Of a stretch of 64,000 nt of DNA, positions 53,007 to 61,782 are shown in pieces (the stretch's first letter is position 1; the number at the start of each line of letters is the position of its first letter). The stretch covers positions 11,160-75,159 of the forward strand of contig JAKQUO010000032.1 of assembly GCA_029569255.1 (NCBI GenBank). Reading direction: 5' to 3'. Made by a program: the position numbers and the translations under genes. Source of the stretch: Acidobacteriota bacterium. Its GTDB lineage: Bacteria; Acidobacteriota; Aminicenantia; Aminicenantales; Saccharicenantaceae. The notes under the pieces were generated by a model that worked only from the letters and a program-made list of their open reading frames with translations, searched no databases and was not told the origin of the DNA.

Positions 53007-53812
53007 CCTGCGACAAGATCCAGGAAAAGTTCGCCGATTATTTGACCGGGGACCTCGACGAAACCGGCCGCCGTGACGTGCGGGAGCACATCCTCGGCTG
53101 CGCCGCCTGCCGCCAGGACCTCGAGGACCTGACCGTCATCTGGGCCAAGCTCGGCGTCCTGCCCGAGGAGCAGCCCGGCGGAGGCCTGCGCCACCGCTTC
53201 TACACCATGCTCGAGGAGTACAAGGACGGGCTCGTCGCGGAGCGGAAGGCCGCCCGGGCCGAGGCCGGGCGCGGCCGGCGGGCCTGGCTCACCTTCCAGC
53301 GCCCCGCGTTCGCCGCGTCGTTCTCGGCCGTCCTGCTCGTCGCCGGGGCCGCGGCCGGCTGGCTCGCCGGCGGCGGGAGCGCCCTGAAGCGGGCCACCCT
53401 CTCGCGCGAGCTCCAGGACATGCGCCAGCAGGTCGCCCTGTCGCTCCTGAGCCGGCCCTCGGCGACCGAGCGCATCCAGGGCGTCGGCTACAGCGCCGCC
53501 GTCAAGAACCCGAACGAGACGACCCTGGCCGCCCTCTTCAAGGCCGTCGACGGCGATCCCAATCCCAACGTCCGTCTGGCCGCCGTGGACGCCCTCTACC
53601 TCTTCCGCGACCGGCCCGGCGTGCGCGAGAGCCTGGTCAAGTCGCTGGCCGTCCAGACCTATCCCCTGGTCCAGGTGGCCCTGATCGACTTCCTGGTCGA
53701 GGTGCGCGAGGCCCGGGCGGCCGACGCCCTCAAGGCCCTCATCGAGGGCGGCGACCTCACGCCCGAGGTCAAGACGCGGGCCGAGCAGGGCCTGAAGCAG
53801 ATCGGCATTTGA
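53003..53812 (+). CDS. anti-sigma factor (zf-HC2) with TM helix and extracytoplasmic HEAT-repeat domain
   Basis: ATGA overlap with the sigma gene; HILGCAACRQDL; C-terminal NPNVRLAAVDALY HEAT-like repeats. Confidence 0.75.
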   Translation: MTCDKIQEKFADYLTGDLDETGRRDVREHILGCAACRQDLEDLTVIWAKLGVLPEEQPGGGLRHRFYTMLEEYKDGLVAERKAARAEAGRGRRAWLTFQRPAFAASFSAVLLVAGAAAGWLAGGGSALKRATLSRELQDMRQQVALSLLSRPSATERIQGVGYSAAVKNPNETTLAALFKAVDGDPNPNVRLAAVDALYLFRDRPGVRESLVKSLAVQTYPLVQVALIDFLVEVREARAADALKALIEGGDLTPEVKTRAEQGLKQIGI

Positions 53813-53845
53813 GATCGACGTCCCGACAAGGACAAGGAGGAACAT

Positions 53846-54967
53846 ATGAACCAGACGAAGAGAATGAGCGCGCGGATGGCCAGGATCGCGGTCTTGGCGC
53901 TCCTCGCGGCCGCGATGTGCGGCGGAGCCGCCGCCCAGGCCAGGGAGGAGCCCCCCGACCGGGCCGTCGTCCCGCTGTCGAAGCCCGGCCAGCCGGCCAA
54001 GATCGAGGTCTCGGTCATGCGCGGCAGCGTCACCGTCAAGGCCTACGAGGGCAAGGACATCATCGTCGAGGCCCGGACGCGGGAGAAGGCCCTGACCAAT
54101 TACTTGGCCCAGGTCTATGCCACCGGCGTTCCCTACCCCGCCGTCGCTCCGCCCGCCCCGCCCGCGCCGCCGGCCGCGCCGAAAGCCGCGGAACGCTTGG
54201 AAGAGATCCAGAAGAAAATCCAAGACATCCACAAAGAGAACGAGGCCCGGCTCATGGCCCAGCTGGCCGAGCAGGAGAGGCTGGCCAGGAGGATCGAACG
54301 CCAGCGCGACCGGGCCGTCGACGTCTACGGCCAGTACTTAACGGACGAAAAGAAGCGCCAGGAGGAGAAGCAGAAGAAGATCGCCGGCATGAAGCAGCTC
54401 TCCGGAACGTCCTCGGGCCTCGAGATCGAGGAGGAGGGCAATGTCGTCCAGGTCCGGACCGAGTCATGGAAGGCGGCGACCGACCTCGTGATCCAGGCGC
54501 CCGCCGCGACCTCGCTCGAGATCAGCTCGTCCATGGACGGCGTCATCGTCGTCGAGGGGATCGGCGGCGAGATCGACATCAACAACATGAACGGGCCGGT
54601 GACCCTGCGGAACGTCTCCGGCAACACGCTCGTCCACACGGTCAACGGCGATATCGACGTCGCCCTCGTCCGCATCGCCGGGGACAAGCCGCTGTCGTTC
54701 AGCTCGATGACCGGCGACATCGACGTCACCCTGCCGGCCGACGTCAAGGCCAACATCAAGATGAAGAGCTACCAGGGCGAGATCTACACCGACTTCGACA
54801 TGGACATGACCCGTCAGGCGTCGCGGACCGAGGGGACCGAAAAGACCGAGGCGGGCAAGTACCGCATCTCCTTCGACAAGTCCCTCGTGGGGCTCGTCAA
54901 CGGCGGCGGGCGGGAGATCTCCTTCAACACCTTCAGGGGCAACATCTACATCCGCAAGAAGAGGTAG
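53846..54967 (+). CDS. DUF4097 protein with inserted Pro-rich/coiled-coil segment, secreted
   Basis: signal peptide; GDIDV repeats (VNGDIDVAL, MTGDIDVTL); central APPAPPAPPAAP + charged heptad-like region. Confidence 0.7.
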   Translation: MNQTKRMSARMARIAVLALLAAAMCGGAAAQAREEPPDRAVVPLSKPGQPAKIEVSVMRGSVTVKAYEGKDIIVEARTREKALTNYLAQVYATGVPYPAVAPPAPPAPPAAPKAAERLEEIQKKIQDIHKENEARLMAQLAEQERLARRIERQRDRAVDVYGQYLTDEKKRQEEKQKKIAGMKQLSGTSSGLEIEEEGNVVQVRTESWKAATDLVIQAPAATSLEISSSMDGVIVVEGIGGEIDINNMNGPVTLRNVSGNTLVHTVNGDIDVALVRIAGDKPLSFSSMTGDIDVTLPADVKANIKMKSYQGEIYTDFDMDMTRQASRTEGTEKTEAGKYRISFDKSLVGLVNGGGREISFNTFRGNIYIRKKR

Positions 54968-54992
54968 GGCCGAAGCGCGGCGGGGCCGGGCC

Positions 54993-56381
54993 TCAGCCCG
55001 CCCGGCCGCGCTTCCGGTGCCAGTAGAGGTAGGCCGGGAGGCCCAGGGCGATGAAGGCCAGGACGGCGAAGGCGTTCCAGAAGCTCTTGACCAGCGTGTT
55101 GACCAGGATGAACAGGGCGGCCAAGACGAACAGCGCCGGCGTCACCGGATAGCCCCAGGTCCGGTACGGCCGGGGCATGTCGGGGCGCCTCTTGCGCAGG
55201 ATGAAGACGCCCAGCACGGCCAGGCCCAGGAAGATCCAGGCCCCGAAGACGGCGAACTTCAGCATCTCCTCGAACTTCCCGCTCGGGCCGAGGCTGAGGG
55301 CGACGCTCCAGACGCCGACGATGAGCAGGGCCACGTGCGGCGTCCGGAACCTCGGGTGGACCTCGGCCATCTTGCGGAAGAACAGCCCGTCCTTGGCCAT
55401 GGCGTAATAGACCCGCGGCCCGGTCAGGACGTGGCCGTTGGCCGCGCCCAGGATCGAGAACAGGATGATGAAGGCGACGATCGAGGCGCCGATGGGCCCG
55501 ACCGCCAGGTTCATCGCGTCGGCGGCGATCCGGTCGGAGGCGGCCATCGCGGGCGCGGGCACGGCGTAGAGGTAGGCGACGTTGGCCAGGATGTAGAGGA
55601 GCGTCACCAGCCCGCAGCCGGCGATGAGGCCGAGCGGGATCGTCCGGGCCGGTTCCTTGGTCTCGCCGGCGTTGAACGTCGAGATCTCGAACCCCTTGTA
55701 GGCCCACAGCGCGGCCACCAGGGCCAGCCCGAACTGCCCGACCAGGTCCCCGCCGAGGCCGGAGGGCTTGGGCGCCGCCAGGTTCCCCCAGCTTCCCTTG
55801 GCGAAAAGGAACACGGCGACGATGATGCCCGAGAGGGCCACGAACTTGACCGCCGTCAGGGCGTTCTGCAGGAACGCGCCCTGGCGGACGCCGAAGGTGT
55901 TGACGGCCACGAGAAAGGCGATGAACAGGGCCGCGGCCGCCTTCTGGCCGACCGGCGAGAGCGGGAGGAAGTACGGCAGGTACTTCGTCGAGAAGGCCAG
56001 GGCCAGCGTCGCGATCGTCCCCGAATCGATGACCAGCAGCAGCGCCCAGCCGAAGAGGAAGCCGACGGCGGGGCCGTAGACCTCGCGCAGGAAGACGTAG
56101 ATCCCGCCGGTCTCGGACGAGAAGGCCGCGGCCAGCTCGGCCAGCGACAGGGCCCCGAACATGCAGGCGACGCCGCCGGCGACCCAGACGGCCAGCATGA
56201 GGAGGGGCGACTTCACCCCCGCGGCCACGGTGGCCGGGACGATGAAGATGCCCGAGCCGATCATGGTACCGACGACGATGGCGGTGATGCTGCCGACGCC
56301 GAGACAGCGGACGAACCCGGGCTGGGCCTGTCCGCCGGCCGGGGCCGGAGCGGCGGGAGCGGGATTCTCGCGGTGAGTCAT
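54993..56381 (-). CDS. APC superfamily amino acid permease
   Basis: 462 aa, 12 TM; GSGIFIVP signature. Confidence 0.85.
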   Translation of the reverse strand: MTHRENPAPAAPAPAGGQAQPGFVRCLGVGSITAIVVGTMIGSGIFIVPATVAAGVKSPLLMLAVWVAGGVACMFGALSLAELAAAFSSETGGIYVFLREVYGPAVGFLFGWALLLVIDSGTIATLALAFSTKYLPYFLPLSPVGQKAAAALFIAFLVAVNTFGVRQGAFLQNALTAVKFVALSGIIVAVFLFAKGSWGNLAAPKPSGLGGDLVGQFGLALVAALWAYKGFEISTFNAGETKEPARTIPLGLIAGCGLVTLLYILANVAYLYAVPAPAMAASDRIAADAMNLAVGPIGASIVAFIILFSILGAANGHVLTGPRVYYAMAKDGLFFRKMAEVHPRFRTPHVALLIVGVWSVALSLGPSGKFEEMLKFAVFGAWIFLGLAVLGVFILRKRRPDMPRPYRTWGYPVTPALFVLAALFILVNTLVKSFWNAFAVLAFIALGLPAYLYWHRKRGRAG

Positions 56382-56516
56382 GCGCCTATCTTATGCGCGG
56401 AGGACGGGGATAGGCAATACCCGAGCGTTTTTTTGGCCGGGCCGATTGACAGCCCGGGGCCGGTGTTATATCGTCGGGGGGTCTTTCGGAAAGCCCCGTC
56501 GGGAGGGAGGCGCGTC

Positions 56517-58241
56517 ATGGCCCAAAAAAAACGCCGCCTCGGATTCGTGGCGGTCATCGTGGTGTTGTTCGCGGCCTTCTTCCTCGTCAACCGCCGCGCG
56601 CGCTGGACCGTCGAGCCAGCCGACCTCATCCTCATCAACGGCAAGATCGTCACCGTGGACGACGCGGCCCCCGCCGCCTCCTGGCTCGCCGCCCGGGGCG
56701 ACCGCATCGCCGCCCTCGGCTCCGGGCCGCGGGACTACACCCGTTACGTCGGCGAGACGACGGAGATCGTCGACCTCGGCGGCGCCCTGGCCGTCCCGGG
56801 CCTCATCGAGAGCCACGGCCACTTCACCGGCCTCGGCCAGTCCAAGACGGTCCTCGACCTGACCGCGGCCCGCTCCTGGGACGAGATAGTCGCCCTCGTC
56901 GCCGAGGCCGCCCGGACGGCCAAGCCGGGCGAATGGATCCGCGGCCGGGGCTGGCACCAGGACAAGTGGGACCGGGCGCCCGAGCCCAACGTCAACGGTC
57001 TGCCCTTCCATGACGCCTTGAGCAAGGCCACCCCGGACAACCCCGTCCTCCTGACCCACGCCAGCGGCCACTCGTCCCTGGCCAACGCCAGGGCCATGGA
57101 GCTGTCGAAGATCACGCCCGCGACGGCCGACCCGGACGGCGGCGAGATCGTGCGCGACGCCACGGGGGGCCCGATCGGCGCGTTCATCGAGACCGCCCAG
57201 GGCCTGGTCCGCTACGAGGCCGGCCACTACACCGCCGAGGAGGCCGCGGCCCAGACCCGCCGGCTGGTCGAGCTGGCCTCGCGGGAGTGCCTGGCCCACG
57301 GCGTCACGACCTTCCACGACGCCGGGTCCATGTTCGGCACGATCGACATCTACAGGAAGATGGCCGAAGAGGGGGCCCTGCCCGTCCGCCTCTACGTCAT
57401 GCTCAGCGCCGGGAGCCGGGCCCTGGCCGAGCGGGGCCTGTCCTACCGGATGGTCGGCGAGGCCGACAACCACCTGACCGTCCGGGCCATCAAGCGGCTC
57501 ATCGACGGCGCGCTCGGGGCCCACGGCGCCTGGCTCCTTGAGCCCTACGCCGACCTGCCGTCGTCTATCGGCCTCAACACGGAGTCCCTCGACGAGATGC
57601 GGGCCACGGCCGAGTTCGCCATCGAGAACGGCTTTCAGCTCTCGACGCACGCCATCGGCGACCGCGGCAACCGCGTGACGCTCGACATCTACGAGGAGGC
57701 CTTCAAGGCCCACCCGGACAAGGCCGACCTGCGCTGGCGGATCGAGCACGCCCAGCACCTCAGCCCCGACGACATCCCCCGCTTCGGAAAGCTCGGCGTC
57801 ATCCCGTCCATGCAGGCCATCCACTGCGCCTCCGACGGGCCCTGGGTCCTGAAGCGGCTCGGCGAGAAGCGGGCCGAAGAGGGGGCCTACGTCTGGCGCA
57901 AGCTCATGGACGCGGGGGCCGTCATCCCCAACGGGACCGACGTCCCGGTCGAGCCCATAGACCCGATGGCATGCTTCCACGCGGCGGTGACCCGCAAGCT
58001 CAAGGACGGGACGGCGTTCTTCCCGGGCCAGAGGATGACCCGCGAGGAGGCCCTTCGCTCCTACACCATCAACGGCGCCTACGCCGGCTTCGAGGAGAAG
58101 CTCAAGGGCTCGCTGACGCCGGGCAAGCTGGCCGACGTCACCGTTCTCGACCGGGACATCCTGGCCTGCCCCGAGGACGACATCCCCGGGACCCGGGTCG
58201 TCTACACCATCATCGGCGGAAAGGTGGTCTACCATCACTAA
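56517..58241 (+). CDS. amidohydrolase family (YtcJ-like, Amidohydro_3) metal-dependent hydrolase, membrane anchored
   Basis: ATG at 56517 after GGGAGGGAGG; LINGKIVTVDD..., ESHGHF metal-binding His pair. Confidence 0.8.
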   Translation: MAQKKRRLGFVAVIVVLFAAFFLVNRRARWTVEPADLILINGKIVTVDDAAPAASWLAARGDRIAALGSGPRDYTRYVGETTEIVDLGGALAVPGLIESHGHFTGLGQSKTVLDLTAARSWDEIVALVAEAARTAKPGEWIRGRGWHQDKWDRAPEPNVNGLPFHDALSKATPDNPVLLTHASGHSSLANARAMELSKITPATADPDGGEIVRDATGGPIGAFIETAQGLVRYEAGHYTAEEAAAQTRRLVELASRECLAHGVTTFHDAGSMFGTIDIYRKMAEEGALPVRLYVMLSAGSRALAERGLSYRMVGEADNHLTVRAIKRLIDGALGAHGAWLLEPYADLPSSIGLNTESLDEMRATAEFAIENGFQLSTHAIGDRGNRVTLDIYEEAFKAHPDKADLRWRIEHAQHLSPDDIPRFGKLGVIPSMQAIHCASDGPWVLKRLGEKRAEEGAYVWRKLMDAGAVIPNGTDVPVEPIDPMACFHAAVTRKLKDGTAFFPGQRMTREEALRSYTINGAYAGFEEKLKGSLTPGKLADVTVLDRDILACPEDDIPGTRVVYTIIGGKVVYHH

Positions 58242-58302
58242 GAAAAAGGGATATCGGGGGAACGGGCGCGGGGCGGGCGCGGCGCTGGGCGCGGCCGCCA
58301 TC

Positions 58303-58761
58303 GTGTGCCTCCTGGCGTCGGGGGTTTCGGCCGGATCTCCAGGCGCAGACCCGCCGCCGAAGCGGGTCCCGCGCTGGGAATCCACCTTGTCCATGGGCCC
58401 GGTCAGCACCGGCCGCATAGGGGCCGTCAAGTCGTTCTGGTGGTCGGCGGTGCCGAAAGCGATCGCCCTCGGAATGTCCTTCGATTGGATCTCCGACAAC
58501 ATCCCGTTCTCGCTCGCTGTCGCCATGAGCGCGCCCGTCCCCGTCGCGGTCCCGTTCGCCTGCGCCGGGGCCGGGAGCGGGCTGAACGGCTGCGGGCTCA
58601 ATTATTACGGGGGCGGCCTCAAGGTCTTCCTGGCCCGGAGATTCGGGATCGTCGCCGAGTACCGGAGCTACCGCTTCACCACCATCACCTCCACATTCCC
58701 CACGCGCCGGGAGAAAGGCAGCGCCGAATTCTTCGGCGCCGGGATCGTCTGGTTCTACTGA
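58303..58761 (+). CDS. small outer-membrane beta-barrel protein (start probably upstream of the first canonical start codon)
   Basis: alternating beta pattern; C-terminal ...FFGAGIVWFY aromatic terminus typical of OMPs. Confidence 0.5.
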   Translation: MCLLASGVSAGSPGADPPPKRVPRWESTLSMGPVSTGRIGAVKSFWWSAVPKAIALGMSFDWISDNIPFSLAVAMSAPVPVAVPFACAGAGSGLNGCGLNYYGGGLKVFLARRFGIVAEYRSYRFTTITSTFPTRREKGSAEFFGAGIVWFY

Positions 58762-58859
58762 CCTGCCGGAGCACGTCGACCCGGCGAGCCCCCCCCGGAA
58801 CGGGTCCCCGCCTCTTCCTCGATCCCGAGGCCGCGGCCCGGCCCGGGGCCCGCGCGGGG

Positions 58860-60275
58860 TCAGAGCGCTTCGAGCGCTTTGAGGGCCAGAGAATAGAGCC
58901 AGCGGTGGGCCTTGTTGCCGTTGGTCAGGATGGCGACGCCGGTCCTGCGCTGGAGGTTCCCGGCCAGGAAGGCCGTGTAGCCGTTGACGCTGCCGCTGTG
59001 GGCGATGATCGTCTCCCCGCCGAGGGTCGAGACCCACCAGGCCAGGCCGTAGCCGGAGGTCTCGTTGAGCCAGCCGCCGTTGATCGGCCCGGCGAAGCGG
59101 TCGTACTGCCGGCGCGCCATCTCCCGGAGCGTCGCCTCGCCGATGACGCGCCGGCCCTTGTAGACGCCGCCGTTGAGGTTGGCCATGAGCCAGCGGGCCT
59201 GGTCGACGGCCGTGCCGTAGACGACCCCGGCCGGCCAGGCGTCCGCCTTGACCCAGTCCACGGGGCGGTAGACGCCCGTCCGGCGGCGCACGGGCATGTA
59301 GGGGATGGCCAGGCGCTCGGCCATGTCGGCCCTCGGCTCGAAGGCCGTGTCGCGCATCTCGACCGGGGCGAAGACGTTCTTGCGCATGTATTCCTTGAAC
59401 GGCGTCCCGGAGAACTTCTCGACGAGATGGGCGATCAGGGTGAAGGCGATGTTGGAGTAGATGACGCGCGTCCCGGGGCGGCGCCAGAGCCTGAGCCGGC
59501 CCTGGAGATAATCGGCGAGCGACGGCGGCGCGGCGTCCTCCCAGACGGCGTGGCGGCCGAAATCGGTCGGCAGGCCCGAGGTGTGCGTCAGGAGGCGGCG
59601 GAAGGTCACGGGATAGCGCCTGTCCTCGCCCTCGATCTTGAGGTCTCCGAGGAAGTCGCTGACCCGGTCGTCGAGCTTGAACTTGCCCTGCTCCATCTGC
59701 TGGAGGAGGGCCGTCGCCGACATCGTCTTGAAGGTCGAGGCGATGAGGTAGACCGTGTCGCAGGCGGCCGGCGTCTTGACCCGGATGTTGGCCAGGCCGG
59801 CCGAGCGCGTCCAGACGACGCGGTCGCCGGAGACGCAGACGACGGCCAGGGAGGGGATGCGGCCGGCCTTGAGCGAGCGCTCGATCTCGGGGTCGAGCAG
59901 CGCCGAAAGGCGGGGGTCGTCGACGGGGGAGAACGGGCGGGCCGCAGACGGGTCGGAGACGATGGCCGGGCCCGGGAGGGGCTCGTCGTCGCCGTTCCCC
60001 TCGAACTCGTCGGGGCCGGGCTCGAGGTCGGCGAACTCGCCGGCGGGGAAGGACGCGCCCTCCGGGCCGACCGACGAGGACGCGGCCGCGGGGCCAGCGC
60101 CGTTCGCGGCCTGGCCGCCGCCGGGCCGGCCGCCGATGAACTTGACGGCCACGAAAAGCCCCACGGCCGCGAGGGCCAGGACGGCGAGGGCGATGTCGGC
60201 GGCCCGGCGGAGGCGCGCGGCCGGCGGGCCGGTCCGCCGCGTCCTCTTCTTCGCCGGCCGGGCCATGGCGCTCAT
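58860..60275 (-). CDS. beta-lactamase-family serine hydrolase (class C/PBP-like), N-terminally anchored
   Basis: S-x-x-K motif ASTFKTM; YSNIAF (Y-x-N); TM anchor plus low-complexity linker. Confidence 0.8.
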   Translation of the reverse strand: MSAMARPAKKRTRRTGPPAARLRRAADIALAVLALAAVGLFVAVKFIGGRPGGGQAANGAGPAAASSSVGPEGASFPAGEFADLEPGPDEFEGNGDDEPLPGPAIVSDPSAARPFSPVDDPRLSALLDPEIERSLKAGRIPSLAVVCVSGDRVVWTRSAGLANIRVKTPAACDTVYLIASTFKTMSATALLQQMEQGKFKLDDRVSDFLGDLKIEGEDRRYPVTFRRLLTHTSGLPTDFGRHAVWEDAAPPSLADYLQGRLRLWRRPGTRVIYSNIAFTLIAHLVEKFSGTPFKEYMRKNVFAPVEMRDTAFEPRADMAERLAIPYMPVRRRTGVYRPVDWVKADAWPAGVVYGTAVDQARWLMANLNGGVYKGRRVIGEATLREMARRQYDRFAGPINGGWLNETSGYGLAWWVSTLGGETIIAHSGSVNGYTAFLAGNLQRRTGVAILTNGNKAHRWLYSLALKALEAL

Positions 60276-60345
60276 CGTGTCTCCCGTTCGGCTCGGGATT
60301 ATACCACGCCTGCCGGGCCCGGGACACGGACGGTGTTAGCAACTT

Positions 60346-61691
60346 TTGAAAAGTGAACTGTTATCTGATTCAAAAGTGAACTCTTGGGAACTGGGAGAGG
60401 GGGTAGACGAGAGAGTGGACCATTCGGTTGTCCCACCAGAAGCGGAGCTGGAGAGAACCGCGCACGAGGTTTGGGACCAAGTGGATCTCGACCTCCTGGC
60501 CGATGGGGACTTTGGGCATGGGGATCACGGTGTTGTAGAACTCGATCCGGCGATAGGCATTCACGGTCCTTTTTTCTCGGAGACAGAAGACATCTTTGGG
60601 GGATGCATAGGGAGCGGGGAGGGCGAAGGGACGGAAAAAGCTGTGGCCGGTCGAGAGGGCCCGCTGGAAGCGCACGTGGGGGATTTCGCCGGTCGTCGAG
60701 TGGATGCGCTGATGGTTGTGCCGAAAGACCTCTTGCTGGAGGACGGGACGGAGTTGGTCCAGGGTGGTGAGCTTCTCGCGGGCGGCCGTGCGGACGATTC
60801 GGTCCTGCATCCAGCGGTAAGATCGTTCGACCTTGCCCTTGGCCTGGGGAGAGAGGGCATAGATGACATCGACCCCGAGCGACGAGATGGCCTGCTTCCA
60901 CTGCGGGTCGACCTCATCGGTCTTGAGGACGGTCTTGTACCAGAAGCTGTCCCGGCTGCGGACAAAACGGAAGACCCGCAGGGAATCGACATAGTACTGC
61001 AAAGGCAGGCCATAACGTTGCATCAGGACCTGGGAGGCCTGGAGATGAGACCAGGTCGTTTCCTGCTCAAAGAAGTCGGCAAAGAGGATCTTGCGGCTGT
61101 AATCGTCGAGCGACGAGATGAGGGTCCACTTGGCCGGGGCGTAGGGCGACCAGCGGTGGAGGGAAGCATCGTGTTGGATGAGGGCGCCAACGGCCGTGGT
61201 GATGACCTCGCGGCTATGACTCTTGCCCTTGGGACGCGGTCGGTGGCAGCCCATGGCCTTGGCTCGTTCAATGATCGTGGACAGGGAGACCTTGAGGCCC
61301 TGTTCGAGCAACCGTTCCCTGGCGGCGGAGTAGTTGTAGGTCGAGATCGGAAGGTCGGGATCCTCGATCAAGGCCCGTTCTTCCAGAAGGGTCTTCTGGA
61401 TCAGACGTTCGGCCTTATCGGAGAGCCGAGATGGGGAGCTCCGGTGGTAAGCCATGGAAAAGGACCGGACATCTTTCCGGTAGAGCTTGAGGAGAGCGAA
61501 GAAACGCGTTTTTCCAATCTGGAGCGTCTCCTCGACCTGGGCTCGGCTCATCTGGCCTTCCTCATAGGAACGGATCAGCAGTTTCACCTGCTCGTCGGAA
61601 AAACGGCTGTGAATGTGTGTCATGGGGTCCTCCTGGCGGAGGACTATAGCTCAGGTGTTCACTTTTCAACCCTAAAGAGTTCACTTTTCAA
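60346..61691 (-). mobile_element. ~1.35-kb insertion sequence with 14-bp terminal inverted repeats TTGAAAAGTGAACT and a second internal copy of the motif at each end
   Basis: IRs at 60346-60359 and 61678-61691; inner copies at 60371-60381 and 61657-61669; visibly lower GC than the flanks; single transposase ORF. Confidence 0.8.
60370..61623 (-). CDS. DDE transposase with integrase-core (rve) domain, IS481/ISNCY-like
   Basis: N-terminal HTH; IQHDAS..., SLDDYSRK..., SPQAKGKVERSY catalytic-region motifs. Confidence 0.85.
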   Translation of the reverse strand: MTHIHSRFSDEQVKLLIRSYEEGQMSRAQVEETLQIGKTRFFALLKLYRKDVRSFSMAYHRSSPSRLSDKAERLIQKTLLEERALIEDPDLPISTYNYSAARERLLEQGLKVSLSTIIERAKAMGCHRPRPKGKSHSREVITTAVGALIQHDASLHRWSPYAPAKWTLISSLDDYSRKILFADFFEQETTWSHLQASQVLMQRYGLPLQYYVDSLRVFRFVRSRDSFWYKTVLKTDEVDPQWKQAISSLGVDVIYALSPQAKGKVERSYRWMQDRIVRTAAREKLTTLDQLRPVLQQEVFRHNHQRIHSTTGEIPHVRFQRALSTGHSFFRPFALPAPYASPKDVFCLREKRTVNAYRRIEFYNTVIPMPKVPIGQEVEIHLVPNLVRGSLQLRFWWDNRMVHSLVYPLSQFPRVHF

Positions 61692-61719
61692 TCGTAGACA
61701 ACAGGCGCCGGCCGACGCC

Positions 61720-61748
61720 TTGACACCCCCGGCCCCAGCATGTATCCT
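61720..61748 (+). promoter_or_regulatory. sigma70-like promoter TTGACA-N17-TATCCT upstream of iorA
   Basis: read directly, 35 nt upstream of the iorA ATG and 29 nt downstream of the IS end. Confidence 0.4.
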
Positions 61749-61782
61749 ACCCCTCCCGAATACCTCGAACAAAGGAACGCCC

